DNA from: Nanobdellota archaeon
Lineage (GTDB): Archaea; Nanobdellota; Nanobdellia; Nanobdellales; Nanobdellaceae
Direction: 5' to 3'
Length of the DNA: 21,551 nucleotides
NCBI GenBank assembly: GCA_020697515.1
Contig: JAIXNB010000045.1
Span: forward strand, 1 to 21,551
A program made the position numbers and the translations under genes. Below, one piece after another: positions 7,057-15,369 of the stretch (positions within the stretch are counted from its first letter, which is position 1; every line of letters begins with the position of its first letter). The notes under the pieces were generated by a model, which was not told the DNA's origin, searched no databases, and worked only from the letters and a program-made list of their open reading frames with translations.

Positions 7057-7089
7057 AAGCCTCGCCCTTTAGGGCGAAGAGGAGGTCAG
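7047..7089. repeat. 43-nt element, copy 2: the same 12-nt arms around a different 19-nt hairpin core
   Basis: TTACAACTGAAA-gcctcgccctttagggcga-AGAGGAGGTCAG. The core forms TCGCCC-TTTA-GGGCGA. The element covers the stop codons of both convergent genes, the Trbp remnant (+) and gatD (-), and is followed by TTTTTCTTTT. Confidence 0.6.
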
Positions 7090-8396
7090 TAATATTTTTC
7101 TTTTAGCCCGGAGTTTATAAATTCCTCTTCCAAGCTTCTTGGTTTTATTTCTCCGGCTAGTGGTGTTAACATTAGATTTTTCACCTCCTCATAGTTTTCT
7201 GTATGACCTAAAACCCACATTAATTTAACGTATGCGACTTCTGGTAACATATCTTCGCAGTGAATTACTCCTAAATTATACAATCTTCTAGCATTGGAAT
7301 ATACAAAAGAATTTGTTCTTCCAAATATAGTTTGAGATGTCATACAAACAATAATTCCTTCCTCCACTGCTCTTTCTATATGAGGGAACCACGATTTTTC
7401 TCTATGTAATGTTTCGGTTGGAGCATGACCAAAACCTGTACCTTCTATTACTATCCCCTTATAACCCTTATCTACGAAGAAATCTATTATTTCAGGATCT
7501 GATCCAGGATATACCTTTACAAGAGCTACTTTTTCATATATCTTCGTATCTAAAAGTACCTCTCCATCATTTCTTCTCCTATAGTTCTTGTTAACGATCT
7601 CTATTTTTCCGGATGGATAGATCTTCGCTAATGGTAAATCATTTATTGATTGAAAAGCATCTCTTCTTTCTGTATGCATTTTTCTGACTCTTGTCCCTCT
7701 GTGTGCATAGCAAAATTCATCAGAAATATATCCATGCATAACAACTGAAACTTCTGCAATATTAGATGTAGCATAAATAGTGGCACAAATCATATTCATA
7801 AAAGCATCAGAGGATCCTCTATCCGAAGATCTTTGGGCGCCAACCAATGCAACTGGTTTACCTAAGTCTCTTAACATAAAAGACAAAGCAGCGGACGTAT
7901 AATGCATTGTATCAGTTCCATGAGGAATTATTACTCCATCTGATCCAGAGTTCAGTTCTTTAGCAACTATTTCAGCAATTTTTACCCATTCTTTTGGGGT
8001 AATATCTTCGGAAGCAATCGAAAATGGGTTTAATATATTGTTAATCACTGCTATATCTTCTAATTCTGGTATCTCATATAAAAGTTCATATGGATCGAGG
8101 AACATATGAACACCACCTGTTCTATAATCTACCCTAGACATTATAGTACCTCCAGTCACGATTATTGACACTCCTTTTAACCCCTCTCTGTATATTGGTT
8201 TTCTCCTTGGAAATTTTGCAACTTCTACCTTTTCTTCCAATGGTATTATATCCTTTATATGATCTTTTTGAAACCCAATATTATATCCATTATTCAGTTT
8301 AAGAATAATCGTGTCTTCATTGGGAGATGGGATAAAAGTACCTTCAAAACTGCGCCCATCTCTAAGTAATAATCTGACCTTTCTCCCATACTCCAT
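7086..8396 (-). CDS. gatD: Glutamyl-tRNA(Gln) amidotransferase subunit D
   Basis: 436-aa ORF with a GatD-type N-terminal domain (VRLLLRDGRSFEGTFIP) followed by an asparaginase-like core with IIVTGGTI and PHGTDTM motifs. Confidence 0.85.
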   Translation of the reverse strand: MEYGRKVRLLLRDGRSFEGTFIPSPNEDTIILKLNNGYNIGFQKDHIKDIIPLEEKVEVAKFPRRKPIYREGLKGVSIIVTGGTIMSRVDYRTGGVHMFLDPYELLYEIPELEDIAVINNILNPFSIASEDITPKEWVKIAEIVAKELNSGSDGVIIPHGTDTMHYTSAALSFMLRDLGKPVALVGAQRSSDRGSSDAFMNMICATIYATSNIAEVSVVMHGYISDEFCYAHRGTRVRKMHTERRDAFQSINDLPLAKIYPSGKIEIVNKNYRRRNDGEVLLDTKIYEKVALVKVYPGSDPEIIDFFVDKGYKGIVIEGTGFGHAPTETLHREKSWFPHIERAVEEGIIVCMTSQTIFGRTNSFVYSNARRLYNLGVIHCEDMLPEVAYVKLMWVLGHTENYEEVKNLMLTPLAGEIKPRSLEEEFINSGLKEKYY

Positions 8397-8953
8397 AATA
8401 TTCCTGTCGATGTAAGTTTTAAATCGATTTAACTTTTAACAAGGTATGCTAAAATTAAAAATTAAAAAAAGGTGTTATGATGCGGCTAAAATAAAGTAAT
8501 TAATATAATACGTGTTTCTCATACTATATAACTAGTTTTTATCCTTACTACTCTCTCCTCAAAATTATTTAGAAAATAAACAGTAATATTCATCCACCTT
8601 GAGAAGTTCTTCCGCTCTGTCCGTACACAGACTTCATCAGGGAGTGCCCTAGATGAAGATGGTTATAGGTTAATGGAGAAAAGATAGATAGTAACAAGTT
8701 AGCAAATACTATTTAAGGTTATTACATATATATGGTATCTTGCATACACTAAGGTATAGTGGTTACATATATAATAAGCATATATAAAATTATCTGAGGA
8801 TATTAAATTATTATCGCCATACTAATTGGGGAAAAACAGTGAGGATACAAAATATCCTGGAAATTATCTGTGTTTTAGTATGGTTGGACTATAAAATTTC
8901 TGTATTTATACCAAAAACAAAAAAATTGAATAGGAAGTGATATTCTACTAATG

Positions 8954-8965
8954 TTTATAATATAA
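8954..8965 (+). promoter_or_regulatory. TATA-like box of ftsZ
   Basis: TTTATAATATAA is centred about 24 nt upstream of the ATG at 8984, consistent with a leaderless transcript. Confidence 0.4.
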
Positions 8966-8983
8966 GCAAAGCAATGTGTTTAC

Positions 8984-10060
8984 ATGGAGATGGATAGGAC
9001 TGAGGACGAAATACTTGGTGTAGAACCTGGTGAAGAACTCAATTTGTTACCAACAATTAAAATAGTAGGTGTGGGTGGTGCAGGTTCTAATATGGTAGAT
9101 TGGTTATATAAAATGGATATACAAGGTGCTGAGTTGATTGCTATGAATACAGATTATGCTCATTTGAAGACAATTAGAGCACACAAGAAAATACTATTAG
9201 GTAAAGATGTTACAAAAGGTTTAGGGGCTGGTGGGCGGCCAGAAATAGGTATAGAAGCTGCGAGAGCTAGTCAGAACTTAATAAAACAGGTATTAGAAGG
9301 AGCAGATATGTTATGGATTTTACTCGGATTGGGTGGAGGAACTGGTACTGGTGCTGCTCCAGTAGTTGCAAAAGTGGCTAAGGATGTAGGTGTACCATTA
9401 GTTATTGCAGTTGCAACACTACCATTTAACTCTGAGGGAATTATAAGGAGAGAAAAAGCCGAGCAAGGTCTAATAGAGCTAAGAAAATATGTTGATAATG
9501 TGATTCTAATAGATAACAATAAAATACTACAATATGCTGGTAACTTACCATTACAACAGGCTTTCGGATTTGCAAACAATATAATTGGTCAGATGGTTAA
9601 AGGAATAGTTGAGACTATAGCAACAACTTCATACATTAACTTAGATTTCGCGGATGTAAAAACAGTATTATCCGTAGGAGGGGGAGCGTCAATTGTTGGA
9701 ATAGGTGTATCTGACTCAGAAAATAGAGCAAAAGAAGCTGCTAAGAGAGCATTAGAGCTACCGTTATTGGAAGTAGAGTATGAAAATGCTGCAGGAGCAC
9801 TAATTCATGTTGAGGGTGGTCCAGATATGACATTGAATGAAGTTAATGAAGTATCAGAATATGTACAACAACATCTTGGTGCGGATTCATTAACCATAGT
9901 AGGAGCAAGAGTTAATGAAAAGTTAAAAGGTAAAATAAAAGCAACAGTTATAGTATCTGGGGTAAAGAGCCCATACATATTGTCTAGATGGAAAGAAGGA
10001 AAATATGAACCAGTTGCTGTTACATACAAAGAACTCGGAATAGATTTACTCACAGTCTAA
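8984..10060 (+). CDS. ftsZ: Cell division GTPase FtsZ
   Basis: 358-aa ORF with VGVGGAGSN, the tubulin signature GGGTGTGAAPVVA, NTD, LPFNSEG and the DFADVKTV T7-loop region. Confidence 0.9.
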   Translation: MEMDRTEDEILGVEPGEELNLLPTIKIVGVGGAGSNMVDWLYKMDIQGAELIAMNTDYAHLKTIRAHKKILLGKDVTKGLGAGGRPEIGIEAARASQNLIKQVLEGADMLWILLGLGGGTGTGAAPVVAKVAKDVGVPLVIAVATLPFNSEGIIRREKAEQGLIELRKYVDNVILIDNNKILQYAGNLPLQQAFGFANNIIGQMVKGIVETIATTSYINLDFADVKTVLSVGGGASIVGIGVSDSENRAKEAAKRALELPLLEVEYENAAGALIHVEGGPDMTLNEVNEVSEYVQQHLGADSLTIVGARVNEKLKGKIKATVIVSGVKSPYILSRWKEGKYEPVAVTYKELGIDLLTV

Positions 10061-10061
10061 A

Positions 10062-10073
10062 TTTTTTGTTTTT
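10062..10073 (+). terminator. Oligo-T tract after ftsZ
   Basis: TTTTTTGTTTTT follows the ftsZ stop directly. Archaeal terminators are typically T-runs. lig starts only 20 nt further on, so read-through is possible. Confidence 0.3.
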
Positions 10074-10093
10074 CAATACATTTTTATACTTGT

Positions 10094-11788
10094 ATGGAAT
10101 ATTTAAAACTTGCTCAACTTTATAAACGACTCGAAGCTTTCTCTGAAAAGAGTATAAAGGTTGGAATTTTAGCTCGCTTTTTAAAAGACATTCCAGATAA
10201 CCATCTACAAAAAGTTTGTCTATTAATTCTAGGAACGGTGTTTTATCCATGGGAAAAAAACAAAGTTAGTATTGGTGAAAAATTAGCTATACGTGCGATC
10301 GCTCTTGCAACAGGGGTTAATAGAAACGTTGTAGAAAAGATGTTCGTGATGTACGGGGATCTTGGCATAGTTGCCGAAGAGCTTACAGAACAGAAAAGAC
10401 AAAGACCACTTTTCAAAAAGACTCTAACTATAGAAGAAGTTTTTCGCACATTAAGAAAAATTGGGGAATTAGAAGGAGAGGGCGCAATAGATAAAAAAGT
10501 TAAATTATTGGTAGATTTATTAATACACGCGGGGCCCTTGGAGGCCAAATATATTGTTAGAACTGTCTTAGAAGATTTGAGAATAGGTGTGGGTGAGGGA
10601 ATAATGATGGAAGCAATAGCAGAAGCATATGGATTACCATTAGACCTAGTAGAGTATGCATACTCAATACTACACGACTTTGGAAAAGTTATCTTAATAA
10701 TAAGAAAAGGGGGGAAACACGCTTTAGAAGATGTAAAACCAGAAGTTGGAACTCCTATACGGGTAATGTTAGCTGTAAAGGTAGATAGTGTCTCAGAAGC
10801 TTTTGAGATTGTTGGAAGGCCGGCGGAAGTTGAATATAAATATGACGGGTTTAGAGTACAGATTCACAAAAAAGGGGAGAAAATATGGCTATGGACTAGA
10901 AGGCTAGAAGACGTCACAAAACAATTTCCAGATGTTGTTGAGTATATAAAAGAGTGTTTACCCGATAGAGATTTTATAATCGAAGGAGAGATTGTTGGAT
11001 ACGATAAAGAGACAGGTAAATTTTTACCATTTCAGAAAATATCTCATAGAATCAAGAGAAAGTATGAAATTGAAAAGACGGTGAAAGAAATCCCGGTAGA
11101 GGCCCACCTTTTCGATATAGTATACTATGATGGCCAGATTTTATTCAAAACCCCATTTAGGGATAGAAGAGAACTTCTTGAGAGTATAGTTAATGAAAAG
11201 GAAGGAAAAGTCCTATTAGCCAAAAAAATAATTACATCTGATGATAAAGAAGCGCAAAAATTCTTTGAGAAAGCTATTAGCAAAGGTCTTGAAGGTGTAG
11301 TGTTTAAAAATCTGAGCGCACCATACAGGCCTGGAAGAAGGGTTGGGTATATGGTAAAACTCAAACCGGTTAAGGAAACATTAGATGTTGTTATAGTTGG
11401 CGCTGAGTGGGGAGAAGGAAAAAGAGCTGGGTGGCTAACTTCCTTTGTTGTTGCAGTTAAAGATCCAGAAACCGGGGAGTTTTTAGAAATAGGAGAAGTT
11501 GGAAGTGGTATTAAAGAAAAAAAGGAATCTCCAGAAGATATAACTTTTAGTGATTTGACAGAGATCTTAAAACCATATATATATAAGCAAGAAGGTAAAA
11601 GAGTGTTCATAAAACCGAAAATTGTAATAGAAGTTCTATATGACGAGATTCAGAAATCTCCAAAGTACTCCTCGGGATTCGCACTAAGATTTCCTAGAAT
11701 GATAAGGTTAAGGCCTGATCGTTCACCGAATGAAATAGACACATTAGATCGAGTGAAACAACTGTACGCAAAACAGCATGGGATGTAA
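10094..11788 (+). CDS. lig: ATP-dependent DNA ligase
   Basis: 564-aa ORF with the adenylation motif I EYKYDGFRVQIH (KxDG), plus EGEIVGYD, LEGVVFK, GYMVKLKP and the C-terminal OB-domain motif LRFPRMIRLRPDR. Confidence 0.9.
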   Translation: MEYLKLAQLYKRLEAFSEKSIKVGILARFLKDIPDNHLQKVCLLILGTVFYPWEKNKVSIGEKLAIRAIALATGVNRNVVEKMFVMYGDLGIVAEELTEQKRQRPLFKKTLTIEEVFRTLRKIGELEGEGAIDKKVKLLVDLLIHAGPLEAKYIVRTVLEDLRIGVGEGIMMEAIAEAYGLPLDLVEYAYSILHDFGKVILIIRKGGKHALEDVKPEVGTPIRVMLAVKVDSVSEAFEIVGRPAEVEYKYDGFRVQIHKKGEKIWLWTRRLEDVTKQFPDVVEYIKECLPDRDFIIEGEIVGYDKETGKFLPFQKISHRIKRKYEIEKTVKEIPVEAHLFDIVYYDGQILFKTPFRDRRELLESIVNEKEGKVLLAKKIITSDDKEAQKFFEKAISKGLEGVVFKNLSAPYRPGRRVGYMVKLKPVKETLDVVIVGAEWGEGKRAGWLTSFVVAVKDPETGEFLEIGEVGSGIKEKKESPEDITFSDLTEILKPYIYKQEGKRVFIKPKIVIEVLYDEIQKSPKYSSGFALRFPRMIRLRPDRSPNEIDTLDRVKQLYAKQHGM

Positions 11789-11863
11789 GATATTTTAACA
11801 TTTCTTTTAGAGTTTAACAACAAAAATTATCGAATAGTTATTGTTCAAAGCAAAATAAGAAGA

Positions 11864-11881
11864 TTTTTATATATTTTTAAA
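11864..11881 (+). promoter_or_regulatory. TATA-like box of the TrmB-family gene
   Basis: TTTTTATATATTTTTAAA lies about 20-28 nt upstream of the ATG at 11895. Confidence 0.35.
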
Positions 11882-11894
11882 CAGTTATTATTCA

Positions 11895-12725
11895 ATGGTA
11901 ATAAGAGAAGATTTAATCACTAAAGTAAAACAGATTTTTGGATTAAATACTTATGAGGCAAAGGTTTGGTTAGCTTTATTAGCTAAAGGGGTTGCTACAG
12001 CTGGTGAAATTTCCGATTTAGCAGAAGTTCCAAGATCCAGAACATATGATGTATTAGAATCATTAGAGAAAAAAGGTTTTGTTATTGCAAAATTAGGAAA
12101 ACCTATTAAATATATTGCAGTACCTCCAAAAGATATTTTAGCTAGATTAAGAAAGAAATATGAAGAAGAAATGAAGTATAAGCTGAAATTATTAGAAGAT
12201 CTTAAGCAGTCAGAAATTATACAAGAGTTGGAGACAATACATCAATCAGGCGTGAAGATACTAGATATCACAGAAAAATCTGGAGCCATAAGAGGAAGGC
12301 ACAATATATATGGACATTTGGAGACGATGTTCAAAGGTGCTGAAGAGGATATATACATAATGACAACAGATACAGCTTTTATTAGGAAAATTGATACTTT
12401 TAAGAACTTATTCTTAGAGTTAAAGGATAGAGGAGTAAAAATAAAAGTCATTACACCAATAAACGAGGCCAATGCAAGATATGTGCGTGATATGCTTGAA
12501 GTTGCAGAAATATATGATGCGGGAGACCTTAGAGGAAGAGTAATAATAGTTGACAAAGAGGAAGTTATGTTAATGCTCTTTGATGATAAAGAAGTACATG
12601 CAACTAACGACATTGCAATCTGGGTTTATGCACCATTCGTAGCTAGAGCTATTGCATCTCTAATAGATAAAGTTATACCTCAACTTAAACCAGCAAAAGA
12701 GAAGCTAGAGGAGTTGGGTCTATAA
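11895..12725 (+). CDS. TrmB-family transcriptional regulator
   Basis: 276-aa ORF. The N-terminal winged helix reads YEAKVWLALLAKGVATAGEISDLAEVPRSRTYDVLESLEKKGFV, followed by a coiled segment and a C-terminal domain, as in TrmB-like proteins. Confidence 0.75.
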   Translation: MVIREDLITKVKQIFGLNTYEAKVWLALLAKGVATAGEISDLAEVPRSRTYDVLESLEKKGFVIAKLGKPIKYIAVPPKDILARLRKKYEEEMKYKLKLLEDLKQSEIIQELETIHQSGVKILDITEKSGAIRGRHNIYGHLETMFKGAEEDIYIMTTDTAFIRKIDTFKNLFLELKDRGVKIKVITPINEANARYVRDMLEVAEIYDAGDLRGRVIIVDKEEVMLMLFDDKEVHATNDIAIWVYAPFVARAIASLIDKVIPQLKPAKEKLEELGL

Positions 12726-12732
12726 CTTTTAT

Positions 12733-13347
12733 TTATTGCTTCTTTAATCTATTCCTCAAATCTTTGAATTTCCAATTGAGATCTTCTAGTTTTTCTAATA
12801 ATGGATATAACTTTGGTATATAAACTCTGTTTCCCCATCTTTCAAAGAACACCTTCTCTCTTAAAGGTTGTCTGTCTGATGAGGGACTCTCATCTGGATA
12901 ACCTAAAGTTACCAGTGCGTGAACTTCTATATCCTTAGGAATCTCTAGTATCTCTTTAACTCTTTTTTCATCGAAAGCCCCTATCCAACAGGTCCCAATA
13001 CCTTCAGACCACGCTTCTAGAAGAATGTTCTGTATTGCAGCCGCTACATTCTGTATTGCATAGAACTTACCGCGGCTCCCATAGAAATATTCAACTTTTT
13101 TGGTATCAGAACATACCACAATTACAACTGGGGCTTCATAGACAAACCCTTGCCCCATACTGGCCTCTGCTAATTGTTTCCTTTTTTTAGGATCCTTAAC
13201 AACTATAAAATACCAATTTTGCAAATTTCCAGATGAAGGTGCCCAAATTCCAGCTTCCAAAATCTCTAGGATCTTTTCATAAGGTATATCTTGTATCTTA
13301 TATCTCCTTATACTCCTGCGTCCCTTTATGATATTTAGTATAACCAT
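12733..13347 (-). CDS. Nitroreductase-family flavoprotein
   Basis: RRSIRRYK, WAPSSGNLQNWYFIVV and IGTCWIGAF are typical of the nitroreductase fold. I start at MVILNIIKGRRS (13347) rather than the track's 13395, because the extra 16 residues overlap the upstream membrane ORF. Confidence 0.75.
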   Translation of the reverse strand: MVILNIIKGRRSIRRYKIQDIPYEKILEILEAGIWAPSSGNLQNWYFIVVKDPKKRKQLAEASMGQGFVYEAPVVIVVCSDTKKVEYFYGSRGKFYAIQNVAAAIQNILLEAWSEGIGTCWIGAFDEKRVKEILEIPKDIEVHALVTLGYPDESPSSDRQPLREKVFFERWGNRVYIPKLYPLLEKLEDLNWKFKDLRNRLKKQ

Positions 13348-13646
13348 ACTAGTAATATTGTTATTGCTAATGCTAATAAATAGCAATGCACACATAAAGT
13401 ACTAAGTGCGGCTAAGTATAACAACAGTATAGCTAACAAAAAGTTACTTTTTCTATTATATAAATAAAAGAGTATGAGAGGTAGCAATAATACTCCAAGG
13501 ATCTTTGTGAAAATCAATAACAAAGCTGATAATACTAATATTACAAATTTCAAATAAACCTCAAATAGTCTGATATCCTCTTCTACGTACTTCTTAAAAT
13601 AAAATGAAAATGTTCCTGCAAGCAGAATCAATGCAAATTCAAGCAT
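13335..13646 (-). CDS. Small hydrophobic membrane protein (hypothetical)
   Basis: About 103 aa from the ATG at 13646 (the track uses a GTG at 13661). It has 3-4 predicted TM helices and I recognise no homology. It overlaps the nitroreductase start by 13 nt. Confidence 0.4.
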   Translation of the reverse strand: MLEFALILLAGTFSFYFKKYVEEDIRLFEVYLKFVILVLSALLLIFTKILGVLLLPLILFYLYNRKSNFLLAILLLYLAALSTLCVHCYLLALAITILLVWLY

Positions 13647-13672
13647 AAAAGAGTATCCCACCAGTTATCTTT

Positions 13673-14848
13673 ATGAAGGTTATGATCACAACTAATAGAG
13701 GATTAGAAGATGTAGCCTCAAAAGAAATAAAAGATATTCTTGGTGTAGGTGCTAAAGAAAGACCGTTTGGGATTCTTGGAAGAGTCATGTTTGATGTAGG
13801 AGATATCATGGATGCTACATATTTCACTTATTTAACTAGGACTGCTAATAGAGTAACAGTCTTTTTGGAACATATTAAAATCTCAAGGGATAGGAAAGGA
13901 TTAGAAGAGTTATATAAAAGCTTGTATAATTTAGATTGGGAATTTTTAAAAGAATATCATACATTTGCTGTGAGGACTGATAGATTTGGAGTACATGAAT
14001 ACAATTCAATGGATATAATGAGGGTAGCTGGCCAAGCGATAATAGATTCTATAAAGGATAAAAAAAAGTACAGACAGAGAGTAAGCTTAGAAGACCCTGA
14101 TATAATTATCAGGGTTGACGTTATCGGAAATGAGGTGTTAGTAGGAATAGATCTTGTTGGGGAAAAAGCGCTGCACAGAAGGGGCTATAAAATATATCAC
14201 CATCCAGCTGCTTTGAAAACAACTTTAGCACAGCAATTAGTTATCCTTTCAGAATGGTCTAAAGAGAAAATTCTTTTAGATCCTATGTGTGGCAGTGGAA
14301 CTATTCCGATAGAAGCAGGTATACGTGTAAAGGATATTCCCGGATCTTTTTGGAGAAAGAAAGATCTTCAGTTTACCAAGATGGATTTAGGAATAGATTG
14401 GATAGAGTGGATGAGAAAAATAGATGATGATATAGTAAAGTTAGATGAGAAAGCTAAGATTATCGCAGCATATAGGATATTTAGACACATAAAAGGATCA
14501 GAGATAAATGCACAGAAAGCGTTAGTAAAAGATATTATACAGTTCAGAAGAATTGATCTAGAATGGTTGGATCTGAAGATTGGAGAAAAAGAGGTAGATT
14601 ATATAATAACTAACCCTCCATATGGGATAAGATTGTCTTATAGAGAGGAATTAAAGAAAATTTATAAATATTTATTTTATCAGGCAGACTACATATTAGA
14701 TAATAATGGGAAGATTGTCCTAATAACTCCCCAGAAGAAGCTAACTCTAGAGAATGCTAATAAATATAAATTTGAGCTTATTCATAAAAGAAAGGTCTGG
14801 AATGGTAATTTAGAAGCCTATGTCTTTATTTTCCAGAAGTGTGATTAA
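13673..14848 (+). CDS. THUMP-domain RNA (guanine-N2) methyltransferase, Trm14/RlmL-like
   Basis: 391-aa ORF. The N-terminal THUMP-like region is followed by SAM motif I DPMCGSGTIPIEA and catalytic motif IV ITNPPYG. Confidence 0.8.
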   Translation: MKVMITTNRGLEDVASKEIKDILGVGAKERPFGILGRVMFDVGDIMDATYFTYLTRTANRVTVFLEHIKISRDRKGLEELYKSLYNLDWEFLKEYHTFAVRTDRFGVHEYNSMDIMRVAGQAIIDSIKDKKKYRQRVSLEDPDIIIRVDVIGNEVLVGIDLVGEKALHRRGYKIYHHPAALKTTLAQQLVILSEWSKEKILLDPMCGSGTIPIEAGIRVKDIPGSFWRKKDLQFTKMDLGIDWIEWMRKIDDDIVKLDEKAKIIAAYRIFRHIKGSEINAQKALVKDIIQFRRIDLEWLDLKIGEKEVDYIITNPPYGIRLSYREELKKIYKYLFYQADYILDNNGKIVLITPQKKLTLENANKYKFELIHKRKVWNGNLEAYVFIFQKCD

Positions 14849-14918
14849 CAAAATTTGTATATTTATTATTGATGCTATTGACTAACTATTTTTAAATATT
14901 AAATTATTTGTTGCATAA

Positions 14919-15092
14919 ATGGAGCTGAAAGAGGTTCCTAAAAGTACAACAACAAAACAGCTTTTAATAGCTGAAGGAGGAGTAAAATTCATCTGTCCAA
15001 ATTGTGGACAAGGTATGATAATTAGAACTAACAAAGAAAGGAGGATGGGAATAAAATGGGTATGTCAAGTTTGTGGTTTTGAAGGTCCATAA
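14919..15092 (+). CDS. Zn-ribbon protein (COG2888-like) upstream of aEF-1beta
   Basis: 57 codons, too short for the ORF track: MELKEVPKSTTTKQLLIAEGGVKFICPNCGQGMIIRTNKERRMGIKWVCQVCGFEGP. It has two CxxC pairs. Its stop at 15090-15092 is 1 nt before the aEF-1beta ATG. As I recall, a small Zn-ribbon gene upstream of aEF-1beta is a conserved archaeal arrangement. Confidence 0.65.
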   Translation: MELKEVPKSTTTKQLLIAEGGVKFICPNCGQGMIIRTNKERRMGIKWVCQVCGFEGP

Positions 15093-15093
15093 G

Positions 15094-15369
15094 ATGGGAA
15101 AGGTAATAATAACCCTAAGATTATATCCAGAGAACGTTGAGACTGATTTAAACGCAATAGTAGAGGAAGTTAAAAAAATTATCCAAGAGTTTGGAGGAGA
15201 GTATTGGAAACACGAGGAGGTACCTATAGCTTTTGGTTTAAAGGCTCTTGAAATAAAATTCACATATCCTGATCAGGAATTTAAGGAAGAAGAATTCCTA
15301 AATAAGATAAAAAATACACCAGGAGTAAATGATGCAGAAATAGTCAATGTGACCTTATCGTCAGTTTAA
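15094..15369 (+). CDS. ef1b: Translation elongation factor aEF-1 beta
   Basis: 91 aa from MGKVIITLRLYPENVETDL, with the EEVPIAFGLKALEI core typical of aEF-1beta. The track's start at 15073 overlaps the Zn-ribbon ORF and is probably too early. Confidence 0.85.
   Translation: MGKVIITLRLYPENVETDLNAIVEEVKKIIQEFGGEYWKHEEVPIAFGLKALEIKFTYPDQEFKEEEFLNKIKNTPGVNDAEIVNVTLSSV

Noticed and set aside
7047-7089. Reading the UGA plus downstream hairpin as a SECIS-like recoding signal, or the 43-nt element as a bulge-helix-bulge intron
   Set aside because: Read-through gives KPRPLGRRGGQ*, which does not continue the OB-fold domain. Copy 1 sits in a different frame context. The CTGA/TCAG helix is not flanked by the two 3-nt bulges that a BHB motif requires.
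8590-8640. Possible C/D box sRNA on the minus strand (CTGATGA ... CAGA ... GGAAGA ... ATGA)
   Set aside because: The guide spacers would be 14 nt instead of the strict 12 nt or so seen in the three good sRNAs. The C box starts with C, and the terminal D box would be ATGA. I kept it only as an unclassified structured island.
8842-8870. TATCCTGGAAAT as a mini-ORB origin recognition box
   Set aside because: It is only a loose resemblance to TCCA-N-TGGAAA (two bases short). It is a single occurrence, and no orc1/cdc6 gene is adjacent. That is not enough to call an origin.
10050-10250. 66-aa minus-strand ORF bridging the ftsZ-lig gap
   Set aside because: It overlaps both the ftsZ 3' end and the lig 5' end on the opposite strand, and I recognise no motif in it.
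11125-11610. 161-aa ORF antisense to the DNA ligase gene
   Set aside because: It lies entirely inside a well-supported lig CDS. Its S/L/P/T-rich low-complexity composition is what the reverse complement of K/E/G-rich codons produces. There is no start context.
12733-13395. Longer track starts for the nitroreductase (13395), aEF-1beta (15073) and DHS (TTG at 6855)
   Set aside because: The extensions overlap neighbouring genes or use non-ATG codons. Internal ATGs sit at the conserved N-termini and about 25 nt downstream of TATA-like boxes.
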